A DNA stretch of 64,000 bases from Minisyncoccia bacterium (GTDB lineage: Bacteria; Patescibacteriota; Minisyncoccia; Phycocordibacterales; CALRBL01), in the NCBI GenBank assembly GCA_038230075.1, contig JBBRNV010000001.1, positions 114,667 to 178,666 of the forward strand, given 5' to 3'. Numbering within the stretch: position 1 is the stretch's first letter; the number at the start of each line of letters is the position of its first letter. The notes under the pieces are model-generated. The model was not told the origin of the DNA. It searched no databases and worked only from the letters and a program-made list of their open reading frames with translations. Positions 47,507-58,669 of the stretch are shown here, piece after piece. Made by a program: the position numbers and the translations under genes.

Positions 47507-50191
47507 TTAAACAGTTACCTCCTCTGTCTCTTTAAGCTGAAGACTCTTTCTTCCTTTCTTAACATCGAAGATGAATTCCCCTGTTTTCGTATTCATGCCC
47601 ACTTTTACTGAACCTCCCTTTCCTACTCCATCTTTTACAATATGAGAAGCAACAGTCGTGAGAATCTTATTTTGAATTAATCGCTTAAGTGGTCGAGCTC
47701 CGTATTTAGGATCGTACCCTTCTTTTGCAAGATAAACCAAAACATCTTTTGATACTTCGAGATTAATTTCTTTTTGTGCCAACCGCTCAATCACTCGTTT
47801 AACTTCAATTCCTACAATTGTTTCAATACTTTCAGGACTGAGCACATCGAACATAACAATTTCATCGAGTCGGTTAATGAATTCTGGTCGGAAATAATCT
47901 TTCATACTTTCAAGCACTTTTCCTTTCACCTCATCATAATTTTGCTTTTCTGTTTGATCGGTGCTGAAGCCAATCTTTTCCATTTTGTCGATAAACTGAG
48001 CACCAATGTTTGATGTCAGAATAATAACAGTGTTTTTAAAGTTTACTGTTTTGCCTTTTGCATCAGTTAGTCGACCGTTGTCGAGTACTTGTAAGAGCAA
48101 GTTGAACACTTCAGGATGAGCTTTTTCAATTTCATCGAAAAGAATAACAGAATATGGTCTGTGACGAACCATTTCAGTGAGTTGACCTCCTTCTTCGTAT
48201 CCAACATATCCAGCTGGTGCACCAATTAACTTTGAGACTGAGTGCTTTTCCATAAATTCAGACATGTCTACTCGAATGAGAGCTTTGTCGTCATCGAAAA
48301 GAAATTCTGCGAGTGCCTTGGTGAGTTCTGTTTTTCCAACTCCAGTAGGACCAAGAAAAATAAATGAACCAATCGGTCGACTAGGATCAGCCACACCTGC
48401 ACGAGATCGTTTAATGGTGTCGGTAATTTTCTGAACCGCATTGTCTTGCCCCACCACTCGCTGTTTCAAATGTTCATCCATTCGATTTAATTTTTGTCTT
48501 TCTTCTTCAAGCATTCGAGAAACAGGAATTCCCGTCCAACGAGAAACTACATCTGCAATTTCATTTGCTGTTACTTCTTCTTTCAAAATTCTTCGCGAGC
48601 TCTGAAGTTTTTTTAATTTTTTTGATTTAATTTCTAAATCTTTTTCAAGTGCGGGAATTCTTCCATATCGAATTTCAGCAGCTTTTGAAAGATCGGCACG
48701 CGCTTCTGCTCCTTCTGCCTCTAATCGTGACGTTTCTAGCTGTTTTTTGATGGTTTTGATTTCTGAATACGTCTCTTTTTCATTCCTCCATTTAAGCTCA
48801 ATGTCGCCAGTTTTATCTTTCAAATTGGCAATTTCTTCTTGAATTTCTTTCAGTCGTTCTTTTGTTGCTTTGCTTCCATTGTGTTCATTTGCTAATGCTT
48901 CTTTTTCAATTTCGAGTCGAGTGATTCGTCGATGTGCTTCTTCAAGAGCTTGCGGTTTATTTTCAAGAGAAATTTTCAAGTGTGATGCAGATTCATCAAT
49001 TAAGTCGACAGCTTTATCAGGAAGGAATCTATCAGCAATATATCGTGATGAAAGTTCAACTGCGGCAACAAGTGCGTCGTCAGTGATATGAACTCCATGA
49101 TATAGCTCGTATTTTTCTTTCAAACCTCGAAGAATTGAAACAGCATCTTCAATTGAAGGCTCATTAACATATACAGGTTGAAATCGTCGCGTAAGTGCCG
49201 GGTCTTTTTCAATATATTTTTGATATTCTTTAATTGTTGTTGCGCCAATTGCTCGAAGTTCACCTCGAGAAAGTGCTGGTTTTAACATATTTGATGCATC
49301 AAGTGAGCCTTCGGCTGCACCTGCGCCTACAATGGTGTGAATTTCATCGATGAAAAGAATAACCTTGTCCCCTGCTCGCTCGATTTCTTTCAAAATATTC
49401 TTAAGTCGCTCTTCAAATTCTCCTCGATATTTTGTTCCAGCAACAAGTGATCCCATATCAAGCGATACAAGATCTTTGTCTTTTAATGATTCAGGAACAT
49501 CGCCAAGTGCAATTCTATTAGCCAATCCTTCAACGATGGCAGTTTTTCCAACTCCCGCTTCTCCAATTAGTATTGGATTATTTTTTGTTCTTCGTGACAA
49601 AATTTGAATGACACGATTAATTTCTGAGTCTCGGCCAATAACAGGGTCCAACTTATTATCTTTTGCCAGTGCGGTTAAATTGCGAGTGTATTTATGAAGC
49701 GCTTTAAACTTTTTGTTTCCTCCTGTTGATTCTCCGTGACCTTTTCCTGCTTTTATTTCTTCAAGTACTGCAACAATAGAATGTTTGTCGAGTTTGAACT
49801 TTGTCATTAATTCTCGTGCCGGACTCGGTGTGTCGAAAAAGGCTAGAAACAAGTGTTCTACTGAAACAAACTCTTCTTTCATGGCAATAGCCACTTTTTC
49901 TGAGTTCTCTATAATATGAGCGAGTTCTGGAGTGAGATAAAGCTGATATGAGGCCGAAAGAGTGGCTCCTGTCTCTCCTGATTCGATTGATTCCAAGAGT
50001 GAATCTGATAATAAAATGGTATCTATCTCTAACTTATCGAGCACAGACGAAATAACACTCTCTTCTTGAATAATGAGAGCGGTAAGCATATGAAGAGGGT
50101 TAACATGGTTCTGTCCTCGTTCAATGGCTAATTCGTGGGCTCGTCTAATTGCTTCCTTGGCTTTTGTTGTAAATTTTTGAAATGGTGGCAT
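47507..50191 (-). CDS. clpB: ATP-dependent chaperone ClpB
   Basis: two AAA+ modules ([16 protein letters not shown]), long coiled-coil middle domain, GYVGYEEGG. Confidence 0.93.
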   Translation of the reverse strand: MPPFQKFTTKAKEAIRRAHELAIERGQNHVNPLHMLTALIIQEESVISSVLDKLEIDTILLSDSLLESIESGETGATLSASYQLYLTPELAHIIENSEKVAIAMKEEFVSVEHLFLAFFDTPSPARELMTKFKLDKHSIVAVLEEIKAGKGHGESTGGNKKFKALHKYTRNLTALAKDNKLDPVIGRDSEINRVIQILSRRTKNNPILIGEAGVGKTAIVEGLANRIALGDVPESLKDKDLVSLDMGSLVAGTKYRGEFEERLKNILKEIERAGDKVILFIDEIHTIVGAGAAEGSLDASNMLKPALSRGELRAIGATTIKEYQKYIEKDPALTRRFQPVYVNEPSIEDAVSILRGLKEKYELYHGVHITDDALVAAVELSSRYIADRFLPDKAVDLIDESASHLKISLENKPQALEEAHRRITRLEIEKEALANEHNGSKATKERLKEIQEEIANLKDKTGDIELKWRNEKETYSEIKTIKKQLETSRLEAEGAEARADLSKAAEIRYGRIPALEKDLEIKSKKLKKLQSSRRILKEEVTANEIADVVSRWTGIPVSRMLEEERQKLNRMDEHLKQRVVGQDNAVQKITDTIKRSRAGVADPSRPIGSFIFLGPTGVGKTELTKALAEFLFDDDKALIRVDMSEFMEKHSVSKLIGAPAGYVGYEEGGQLTEMVRHRPYSVILFDEIEKAHPEVFNLLLQVLDNGRLTDAKGKTVNFKNTVIILTSNIGAQFIDKMEKIGFSTDQTEKQNYDEVKGKVLESMKDYFRPEFINRLDEIVMFDVLSPESIETIVGIEVKRVIERLAQKEINLEVSKDVLVYLAKEGYDPKYGARPLKRLIQNKILTTVASHIVKDGVGKGGSVKVGMNTKTGEFIFDVKKGRKSLQLKETEEVTV

Positions 50192-50269
50192 GTATATATG
50201 TTTGTTTTATATGATTCTTCCTCCATTATAACACCCCTGTCAAGTCTTTCGCCAAATTACCAATATTTC

Positions 50270-50680
50270 TTATTTATTGATCAAAGCATCTCTCTCAACA
50301 ATTGCCTTAGCAAGTGTTGAGTTAGTATTTAAATACTCTATATAGAGTATATGTGATTTATTGATATCGAGGGTTGATTTTGGTGATTGTGGCTCTTCTT
50401 GAAGTGACAACACCTGAAGACTTTGAGCACCTGTTGTTGTTGCCCCATCTTGAGGTCGTACATAGTACACGTGTCGAAGTGTGACCGTGTCACTAAATGG
50501 AAGCCACCATCCCTTTCCAAAATAAACTTGACCGTTATCAATAAAAACAGCTTTCCATGAAGATGCACTTGAAATCAAGCCAACAAAAAACCACAAAATA
50601 AGAACCACAATAGCAATCAAACTGATTCTTGAGATAAGTGGTTTTTTTAAAAAAACAAAGATGTTGTTGATGTATTTCAT
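50270..50680 (-). CDS. membrane-anchored hypothetical protein
   Basis: TM helix then WKAVFIDNGQVYFGK...L.HVYY...INKSHILYIE. Confidence 0.75.
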   Translation of the reverse strand: MKYINNIFVFLKKPLISRISLIAIVVLILWFFVGLISSASSWKAVFIDNGQVYFGKGWWLPFSDTVTLRHVYYVRPQDGATTTGAQSLQVLSLQEEPQSPKSTLDINKSHILYIEYLNTNSTLAKAIVERDALINK

Positions 50681-50721
50681 ATATATGATTTCTACTATAC
50701 CCTATTTTTTATGATTAATGT

Positions 50722-53700
50722 CTATGTTGATGAACCTGTATCTGACGGCGCAGCCGGAGCTGTATCTACTGGTGCGGAAGGTGTCGAATCTGCAGGTGTT
50801 GTCGCAGGTGTCGCAGGTTCGGGCGTTGGCGTTGGATCAGTAACCGTTTGCTGAGTGTTATTAACCGGAGTATCAGCAGATGGAGTTATCACAGGATCAT
50901 TCGAATGATCGACAGGTGAAGTGGTTGTTCCAGACGATGTTGCATTTCCAGGATCTGATCCATTAATAGTTGTTGAGGCAGATGTTGTTGTTGAAGTTTC
51001 TACAGGCGCTGCAACATAATCACCATCAGATGAAACATTCGTTATTGTTGTAGTTCCAACTGAAGATGTTGTGGAGCTATTATCTTCAATAGTAATAATT
51101 GGAGGTGTACTTGTTCCTGTTGAGCTAGCATTCGCAGTTTCTGGGTCGTACGTATTGATCATGAACCAACTGAAGGTGACGACATTTGTTTGAGATCGTG
51201 CCATTCGAACCGTGAATCCTACTCCTGGAGTAATGTCTGTTACATAAAGAGGACTATCCACGGCTGATGTTGGAGTGATTGAAATCAAACTTCCTTCTGT
51301 CACTTGTCGATTTGAAATTGTAACCATAAATTGTCCTTCAGGAATACTTCCACTTCCAGCAATTTGCTGAGAACCTCGAGGAATGGTTAGTGTTCCACCA
51401 GGAATAACAGTTAAGTCTTTTACAAAGAGTGATGAAATATTAGCAACAAGTGCAGACATTTTATTAGTGATGAAGTATGCCAAGTTATCTGCTTTATTGA
51501 GAACCATGAATGCGATGTCACTGATTGCAGTATTTACTGATTCAACAAATTCTCCAACGGTTCCATTTGTTCCTGAAGATAATTCATCAGTTACTGCAGC
51601 TGCATCTGTTCGAGCTTGCTGAATATCATTCCATGTCACACTTTCGACACCGAGAAACACTGTTACTGATGGATCTTCTCCTTCAGCTCCACTATATGGT
51701 GACAACGCTCGTCCAAGAACTCGTCCTGGTTTTGTTGCTTTTGCTCCAACTCCACCAACTGTTGAAGCGGTGATGTAATCTCCAATTGCAATTGGACCAT
51801 TTTCTAAGCTCACCGTTACTGGTACTCGTCCAGCAAGAGCAATAGGAATTGCACGTGCACCGTCAATTAGTGTTGAACTCTGACTTAATCTGAAAGCAGG
51901 ATCTTTTGAATACACTCCAATAACATATGCATCATCTTTTCCAACTGATTTTCGAACCATTCCTTTTTCTCGCGTATCAATACTTACAATGTCGCCTGCG
52001 GCCAAACTGTCGTCTCGAGTTGGATAATCTTCAGCAACGTCGTACGCACCAATAGCAGAGGTTATTCCGTGACTGAAAACAAACTTACCGTTGTTAGTAT
52101 TTCCTGTTCCATCACTATTTGTGTTTCCTGCAACAAACTTAATATCACCGTAGTTTTTAAATCCGTTAAGTTCTGACTCTGAAGTTGTTGCTGCAGCATT
52201 AAATTCAAGAGCATATGATTCAGAGTCTGCCACGTTATAACTAAACACTTGTGTTGCACTTACTTTTTCTGTTCCAACAAACAAACTGTCTCCAGCTTGA
52301 ACGAGTGCAGTGACACCGTCGGCTGTTGTTGAAGCATTTACTTTTGAAACATATCCAGCGGTACTACTTGAAACTCGAGTCCAATTTGTTCCACCAGAAT
52401 ACTTATACAAAATCGCGCCGGCTGGTTCGTATATACCCACATACAATGAATCTTTATATATACTCATCGCAGATACTCTGTCGAGGTTTTGTGTAGCAAC
52501 ATTTGTTTCAATCGTACCAACAGTTGAACTTGAGACTTGTGTAAATGAGTTTCCAGCCGCTACTGTTCCGTCGAATCGAACCACTTGTGCAGTATTTGCA
52601 CCATCGTCGATACCAATATACGTAGCACCATTGTACACAGCCATGGTTCTAATATTGTCGACAGCAGTTGAGGCGCCGAATGTTCCTACTGCACTATTCA
52701 TCAAAAGCATCGGGGTTGCAGCGTTCGAACCTTCATATCGATATACCGCAGCGGAGTTCAATTTTGAAACACCGACATATAGCGCTCCATTATCAATAGA
52801 CATCGCATTAACACTATTCACAAGAGTAGCGGCTCCGAATGTTCCCGCGCCTGTTGCAACAACGGTGTTGTTTACACGTGTCCATTGTGTAGACGAAGAA
52901 GTATTCAATCCGTTAAATCGATACACTTCAGCACCACCTGTTTTAGCGGTTCCGATATAAAGTTGTCCATTATAGATGGCCATCGCACTGACAGAGTCAA
53001 TTGCAGTTGTTGTTGCATTTCCTCCGATTGATCCGGCGGTCGTACTTGAAACTTTCGTCCATGTACTATTTCCTTCGTATCGATACACTTCAGCGCCTCC
53101 AGTTTTAGCGGTTCCGATATAAAGTTGTCCGTTATACACCGCCATTGAAGCAATTGAGGCAATGGTGTTCGTTTGTGTACCCGATCCTCCGATAACTCCA
53201 GCTGTTGTACTTGAAACTTTTGTCCAACCTGTTCCTCCGTTGTATCGATACACTTCTGCAGCTCCTGTTTTCATCACACCGGCATATACTGATCCGTTCC
53301 AAACAGCCATGGCTGTTGTAGTAGAGAGTGATGCAGTTCCTCCTGATTGAATAGTTCCTGTAGTATTGATTAAATCAGTATAAGTTCCTGTAGCGTTAAC
53401 ACGTTTTCCAATAAGCACATTTCCTCCTTCAATAGTTAATCGTTCAGTTGGAGATGTTGTTCCAATTCCAACATTACCTGTAGTTCCATCCGTGAAAATA
53501 CTGGTGACGTTTGAAGTGGTACTGAATACGCTAAATGTTCCAGCGGTAGTCAGTGTTTGTGCTGCTGATGTTGTTCCGATACCAACCGAACCATTAGTAC
53601 CATTAAAATAAATATTTGTTCCACTCGTTGTCCATTGTGTTCCTGAACCGTTTGTTGCAACAAGGGTTCCGTTTTGATACAAGTTTCCTGTGAAGTTAAT

Positions 53701-56700
53701 GTCTCCAGCAACACCAAGTTTAAATGTTGCTGTTGGAGTTGTTGTACCAACTCCAACTGTTCCGTTTGCCAATACTGTCAACAACGTTGAACCTGTTGTT
53801 GATGCAACAGTGAAGAGTGATGTTGTTGGTGCGGTTGTCGTTCCTTGAATCGTAAAGACAGATGAAGTTGATGTGGTTCCAAGTGAAATATTTCGAGCGA
53901 TCAAATCTCTCCATGTTCCGAGTGTTCCATTATTAACTTCAAGTATTCCTTGGCCAGTTCTTCCAAGACCTGTTGCAACTTGGAATGAGTAATTTGAACC
54001 ATCATTTGAGAATGTTACCAATCCGTTACTTGTAACTTGTACTGCCGCAGAACCTCCGGCAAATCCAGCACCAATGCCAAAAAACGGAGCATTGTTAAAT
54101 GACAACGTTTTATTGTATACCTGCGTAGAGTAACTTCCTCCGTTCACGTAGACAAGTGTCACATCCCAAGAACTTACACCGTCCGAAATAAATTCATATC
54201 GAACAAAGTTTCCTGTTCCTGATGGTCCTTGAAATTGTGTGTTTGTATCAGTTGTTAACCCTCCCAACGTATCAGAACCTCCTCTTATAAATTTAAGGTA
54301 ATTTGAAATTGTTGGTTTACCATTTGAATAGACATAAAGCTTTCGTCCATTTGTATAACTACTAGCAGCTGGGAGAGTAATAGTTCGAATAGCAGTAAAT
54401 GCCGCCGTAAGATTCAAAACATCTGTTGTTGTTGCAACTGTTTTGTTAGCGTCTCCCATTGTATCAAGTGTATTGATATCGTATGCGTTTGAAACAGCAA
54501 CAGCTGCACCTCCACCGTTTCCTTTTAGTACAGAACTTGTTGTTGGGATAATTCCAAGTGATGAGGTTGCAACCCATTGAGTAACAGATCCTGTAGTTTG
54601 AAGTATTTGTCCGTTTGATCCTGCTGAACCATTTGCTTTAAATGCGCCAGTTAAGTTGAATGAGCCGGTGACTGAGAGTGTGTCTGATGGAGATGAGGTA
54701 CCAATCCCCACATTACCTGCAAAATAGTTGTTACCAGAACCATAAGTTCTAATAATTCCGTTTGTTGTATCTTTCAAATCAAGTTGACCACTTGTAAAAA
54801 GATTCATTACGTCACTTCCATTTGAAGCATCTCCTGATGAATCACTGTTTCTCCAGCTAAATTTACCTACTCCTGGGTTTCCCGGATCCATATACATTGC
54901 AAATGTCCACTCTTGAATTCCGAATCCCCATCGTTGACCTCCACCGCCGCTGTAAAGATTTATTTTGTCTCCAAGGGATGTGGCGAAAGTAAGAGGTGCA
55001 TCAGGACTAGTAATACCAATCCCCACATTTCCGTTTTGAAGAATCGTAAATAAATTTAATCCTGTTGAAGAAGCAACTGCAAAAGGATTGAGGCCTGCTG
55101 AGCCCTTCACGTTAAATGTTGTTGCTGAAGATGTTGCATTCACTCCTGCAACTGTTCCGTCGTCGATGAATAATCCTGTTGAAAGTGTTGAAGCTCCCGT
55201 CCATCGAGCAAGGTATCCGTTGGTTCCTCCTGATAATCCAGCACCACCAGAAATTCCAAGGGAAGAAGTGGCAACCCATTGTGTTCCTGATCCTGTAGTC
55301 TGAAGAACCATTCCACTTGATCCTGCTGATCCGTTTGCTTTGAAAGCGCCGGTTAAGTTGAATGAGCCGGTGACTGAGAGTGTGTCTGATGGAGTTGACG
55401 AACCAATTCCAAAGTTTCCATTTTGAAGAAGGGTTAAAAGGTGAGTTCCTGTTGATGATGCGATGATGAAAGGATTTGTTCCTCCAGTTCCAGTAAGGGC
55501 AAGTTGCGCAATTGGAGACGATGTTCCGATTCCAACATTTCCCTGAACAATGAGTCCATTTGTTGGTGCAGCGATTCCCGCATATGACGCTCCAATACCT
55601 GCTCGCCCATTTAAACTGAGAGTGTTTGTGGTGGTGGTTGTTCCAACCCCAATTGCTCCACCAGTACTTATAACAAATCTGTCGACATAGCCCGTACCAT
55701 CATATGATTGGAAGGTAAGATTTCCAGTAGGATGAACACTTCCTTGAATTGGAACAAGAAACGCCCTAAACGACACTGGTGAACTTGCTGGATCAAATGT
55801 TTCGTAACCATTACCCATCCATGTGATTGCAGGAGAATATTGTTGAAAGCCGTTTGTTGCGACAGTTGTGTTTGTTAATGCAATTCCATTTGTTGCAGCG
55901 CCAAGAGTTGGTGAAGTTGTTGTGCCTAATCCGTCAGATCGAATTTCAAGTTTTGCATAAAATGGATTTGTAATTCCAATTCCAACATTTCCATTTTGAG
56001 CAACAGTAAACAAACTCAAACCAGTCGATGATGCAACATTAAAAGCATTAACTCCGGCATTACCCGCAACATTAAATGTCGTTGTTGAAGATGTTGCGTT
56101 GATTCCAGAAACAGTTCCGTTGTCGATGAATAATCCTGTCGATAATGTTGAAGCTGATGTCCACCGAGCAACATAGCCAAGTGTTCCTCCTGAGAGCGAT
56201 GCTCCAATACCGAGTGATGATGTTGAGACCCATTGTGTTCCTGTTCCTGTTGTTTGAAGTATTTGTCCGTTTGATCCTGCTGAACCATTAGCTTTGAAGG
56301 CTCCGGTTAGATTCATCGATCCCACAACAGTAAATTTGTCTGATGCAGTAGTTGTACCTACTCCAACATTTCCGCCTGCTGTTGCCAAACTAATTTTTCC
56401 GTACACACCACCAGCAACTCCAGCATTAATTACTACATTTCCTCCGAAGGCACCGAATCCCCCGGCACCTCCTCCTGTAATATTTACATTTCCTCCGTAA
56501 GCACTCGATCCACTGAGTCCTGCTGTAAAGTTTAAATCTCCTCCTGTACCTCCTGATGCTGATGCATCACCTCCCGTTAAATTAATGGCACCTCCTGTAC
56601 CATCACTTCCTCCTCCTGCTTTAATATCAATATATCCTCCGGCACCAGAAGCTGCATTTCCTGATCTTAAAATAATATTTCCTCCAGACACTGCACCAGA

Positions 56701-58602
56701 TGCACCGTATACAGCAAGAGCGTCGGGAACAAATCCACCAATTCCTCCTGAGGTAGGTCCAACGAGCGAGAGTGTTGCGTTAGGAGATGAAGAGCCGATG
56801 CCAACATTTCCATTTGCAAGAACTGAAACGTATGATGCACCTGATGATGAAGCAATGCTTAACAATGAAACATTTGGCGAAGTAGATGCTCCTTGAATAT
56901 TAAATAAAGACACCCCGGTTGAAGTACCAATATTTACTGTTGCACCTTTCAAAAGCAGATTTCTATTTACTCCTGTTCCAAGAGCGGTTACACCAACCTC
57001 TAAAACATTCCCATTCCAGTTAATTGAACCTCGTTCGTAGTTCGTTGTGTTTGTGTATGCATTATATAATTCCAATCCTCCAGATGAGATGGTTGATCCC
57101 GACCCATCTGTAAATCTGACACCCGCACCGAAGGTTGCTGCAGGGTACATAAAATTCCCACTTAAGGCAAATGGATTTCCTGAAATTCTTCCACCTGATA
57201 TATTTCCAGTATTCGTTGTAAAGTTTCCAGTTACTGAGACGTCTCCGTTTTGTTCAATCGTAAATAAGTTTGTTCCCGTCGATGATGCAACGGCAAATGG
57301 GTTGAGCCCTGCTGTTCCTCGAATATTAAATGTCGTTGTTGCACTTGTTGCATTAATTCCTGCAACTGTTCCGTCGTCGATGAATAATCCTGTTGAAAGT
57401 GTTGAAGCTCCCGTCCATCGAGCAAGGTATCCGTTGGCACCTCCTGATAAACCAAACCCCAATGATGATGTCGACACATATGTTGGAATTCCTGTAGGTC
57501 CCGTTGACTGAAGAAGTTGTCCTGCAGTTCCTGCAGAACCACCAGCGTTAAGTGGTCCACTGAAAGAAAGTCCTCCAGAAAACGTTCCTGTTGCCGCTGT
57601 TAAATTTCCGCCATTTAAGTTAAGTGGTGTTGCTCCTCCTGATGCCAAGAAGCCAAGGTTGATTAGGCCTTGTCGGAGATCAGTGTTGTTTGCTAATTGA
57701 ACAATAGGAGTTGCACCAAAGAAACCGAGTTTTTGATTTGTTGCGGTACCAAGTTGTGTTCCTGTGCCTGTTCCTAACACAATATTTTTTGCATCAGCGA
57801 TTGAGAGACCATTGCTTGCAGTGATGAGTCCTGCAGCAGATAAGGCATTTGAGAATGTTGAAGTTCCTGTTGTTGATGCTGAGGTGATAATTCCAGTGAA
57901 ATACGCATCACCATTCACTGTTAACTTTGAAAAAGGCGTCGACGACCCCACCCCCACATTCCCATTGTTCAAAAGTGACAACACTGATGTTGTTGCTGGT
58001 CCGAAAAACTCAGCGAGCTTTCCTGCTCCGTTTTGTTGCACTTGAAAAAAGGTTGCAGCAGATGATGTTGAATTAAGTACATCACTTCGAAGAAATTGTT
58101 GATCGCTGTATCCGTTCAGTGAGAGTGCAGTGAGCGCAGAAGGAGCTGATGCAAGTGCTTTTCGTGGTGACATTTCTCCATCCCACGCAGGAGATGATGT
58201 TCCCCCAATGTTCACTGAGAGATAGAGTTGTTGATTGAAGTTAATTGAAGCAAGAGAAGTGACATTTCCAAGAAGAACACTAAAGAGTCCGTTTGTGACG
58301 GTGACTTTGTTTGCACTGGTTCGACTTTCAACCCATAAACACTGGGCGTCTCCAGAACATGTTCCTTGAGAAGAACCGACCGAGGTTGATGACGCATAGA
58401 GTTTGAACTCAATGTTGTATGTTCCGTTTGGAACAGCAACACTTGATGAGGCGTATAGCTTTCCTTGGTAGTTGATGGTTTGGGGGGCTGCTGCTTCAAC
58501 TTTTGCAACAGAAAAAGACGTTCCCAGTAAGCCGAAGGCTGGCCCAAAAATGAGAGAAAAGATGACAGAAAAAACAGTAATTTTGAAGGCGTGCAACTTC
58601 AT
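50722..58602 (-). CDS. giant exported fibre/adhesin (2626 aa) with GNVGIG repeats, beta-propeller-like repeats and an intramolecular-chaperone-like domain
   Basis: signal peptide; INYQGKL N-domain; many GN(V/F)G(I/V)G units; about 7 A.VYRY..G..W repeats; DVAEDY...IGVYS..P...ALAGRVPV.V; Pro/Thr/Ser tail. Confidence 0.85.
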   Translation of the reverse strand: MKLHAFKITVFSVIFSLIFGPAFGLLGTSFSVAKVEAAAPQTINYQGKLYASSSVAVPNGTYNIEFKLYASSTSVGSSQGTCSGDAQCLWVESRTSANKVTVTNGLFSVLLGNVTSLASINFNQQLYLSVNIGGTSSPAWDGEMSPRKALASAPSALTALSLNGYSDQQFLRSDVLNSTSSAATFFQVQQNGAGKLAEFFGPATTSVLSLLNNGNVGVGSSTPFSKLTVNGDAYFTGIITSASTTGTSTFSNALSAAGLITASNGLSIADAKNIVLGTGTGTQLGTATNQKLGFFGATPIVQLANNTDLRQGLINLGFLASGGATPLNLNGGNLTAATGTFSGGLSFSGPLNAGGSAGTAGQLLQSTGPTGIPTYVSTSSLGFGLSGGANGYLARWTGASTLSTGLFIDDGTVAGINATSATTTFNIRGTAGLNPFAVASSTGTNLFTIEQNGDVSVTGNFTTNTGNISGGRISGNPFALSGNFMYPAATFGAGVRFTDGSGSTISSGGLELYNAYTNTTNYERGSINWNGNVLEVGVTALGTGVNRNLLLKGATVNIGTSTGVSLFNIQGASTSPNVSLLSIASSSGASYVSVLANGNVGIGSSSPNATLSLVGPTSGGIGGFVPDALAVYGASGAVSGGNIILRSGNAASGAGGYIDIKAGGGSDGTGGAINLTGGDASASGGTGGDLNFTAGLSGSSAYGGNVNITGGGAGGFGAFGGNVVINAGVAGGVYGKISLATAGGNVGVGTTTASDKFTVVGSMNLTGAFKANGSAGSNGQILQTTGTGTQWVSTSSLGIGASLSGGTLGYVARWTSASTLSTGLFIDNGTVSGINATSSTTTFNVAGNAGVNAFNVASSTGLSLFTVAQNGNVGIGITNPFYAKLEIRSDGLGTTTSPTLGAATNGIALTNTTVATNGFQQYSPAITWMGNGYETFDPASSPVSFRAFLVPIQGSVHPTGNLTFQSYDGTGYVDRFVISTGGAIGVGTTTTTNTLSLNGRAGIGASYAGIAAPTNGLIVQGNVGIGTSSPIAQLALTGTGGTNPFIIASSTGTHLLTLLQNGNFGIGSSTPSDTLSVTGSFNLTGAFKANGSAGSSGMVLQTTGSGTQWVATSSLGISGGAGLSGGTNGYLARWTGASTLSTGLFIDDGTVAGVNATSSATTFNVKGSAGLNPFAVASSTGLNLFTILQNGNVGIGITSPDAPLTFATSLGDKINLYSGGGGQRWGFGIQEWTFAMYMDPGNPGVGKFSWRNSDSSGDASNGSDVMNLFTSGQLDLKDTTNGIIRTYGSGNNYFAGNVGIGTSSPSDTLSVTGSFNLTGAFKANGSAGSNGQILQTTGSVTQWVATSSLGIIPTTSSVLKGNGGGAAVAVSNAYDINTLDTMGDANKTVATTTDVLNLTAAFTAIRTITLPAASSYTNGRKLYVYSNGKPTISNYLKFIRGGSDTLGGLTTDTNTQFQGPSGTGNFVRYEFISDGVSSWDVTLVYVNGGSYSTQVYNKTLSFNNAPFFGIGAGFAGGSAAVQVTSNGLVTFSNDGSNYSFQVATGLGRTGQGILEVNNGTLGTWRDLIARNISLGTTSTSSVFTIQGTTTAPTTSLFTVASTTGSTLLTVLANGTVGVGTTTPTATFKLGVAGDINFTGNLYQNGTLVATNGSGTQWTTSGTNIYFNGTNGSVGIGTTSAAQTLTTAGTFSVFSTTSNVTSIFTDGTTGNVGIGTTSPTERLTIEGGNVLIGKRVNATGTYTDLINTTGTIQSGGTASLSTTTAMAVWNGSVYAGVMKTGAAEVYRYNGGTGWTKVSSTTAGVIGGSGTQTNTIASIASMAVYNGQLYIGTAKTGGAEVYRYEGNSTWTKVSSTTAGSIGGNATTTAIDSVSAMAIYNGQLYIGTAKTGGAEVYRFNGLNTSSSTQWTRVNNTVVATGAGTFGAATLVNSVNAMSIDNGALYVGVSKLNSAAVYRYEGSNAATPMLLMNSAVGTFGASTAVDNIRTMAVYNGATYIGIDDGANTAQVVRFDGTVAAGNSFTQVSSSTVGTIETNVATQNLDRVSAMSIYKDSLYVGIYEPAGAILYKYSGGTNWTRVSSSTAGYVSKVNASTTADGVTALVQAGDSLFVGTEKVSATQVFSYNVADSESYALEFNAAATTSESELNGFKNYGDIKFVAGNTNSDGTGNTNNGKFVFSHGITSAIGAYDVAEDYPTRDDSLAAGDIVSIDTREKGMVRKSVGKDDAYVIGVYSKDPAFRLSQSSTLIDGARAIPIALAGRVPVTVSLENGPIAIGDYITASTVGGVGAKATKPGRVLGRALSPYSGAEGEDPSVTVFLGVESVTWNDIQQARTDAAAVTDELSSGTNGTVGEFVESVNTAISDIAFMVLNKADNLAYFITNKMSALVANISSLFVKDLTVIPGGTLTIPRGSQQIAGSGSIPEGQFMVTISNRQVTEGSLISITPTSAVDSPLYVTDITPGVGFTVRMARSQTNVVTFSWFMINTYDPETANASSTGTSTPPIITIEDNSSTTSSVGTTTITNVSSDGDYVAAPVETSTTTSASTTINGSDPGNATSSGTTTSPVDHSNDPVITPSADTPVNNTQQTVTDPTPTPEPATPATTPADSTPSAPVDTAPAAPSDTGSST

Positions 58603-58669
58603 GAATTTACATCACAAATTATAGCACGTAAAATTTAAAAAAACCTTAGTTATCAACAGAAAATCGAAA

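Noticed and set aside
50192-50269. CIRCE or CtsR heat-shock operator before clpB
   Set aside because: No TTAGCACTC-N9-GAGTGCTAA or clear heptad repeat; only an extended -10 (TGTTATAAT)
52918-53145. Near-identical repeat pair as a DGR template/variable repeat
   Set aside because: Differences are not adenine-specific, both copies are in-frame propeller repeats, and no reverse transcriptase is present
51383-58547. Many + strand and alternate-frame ORFs (up to 216 aa) inside the giant gene, and similar shadow ORFs elsewhere
   Set aside because: Antisense shadows of Gly/Thr/Ser-rich codons within well-supported genes
50722-58602. Prophage tail gene
   Set aside because: It has a signal peptide, sits among cellular surface genes, and no capsid, terminase or integrase genes are nearby
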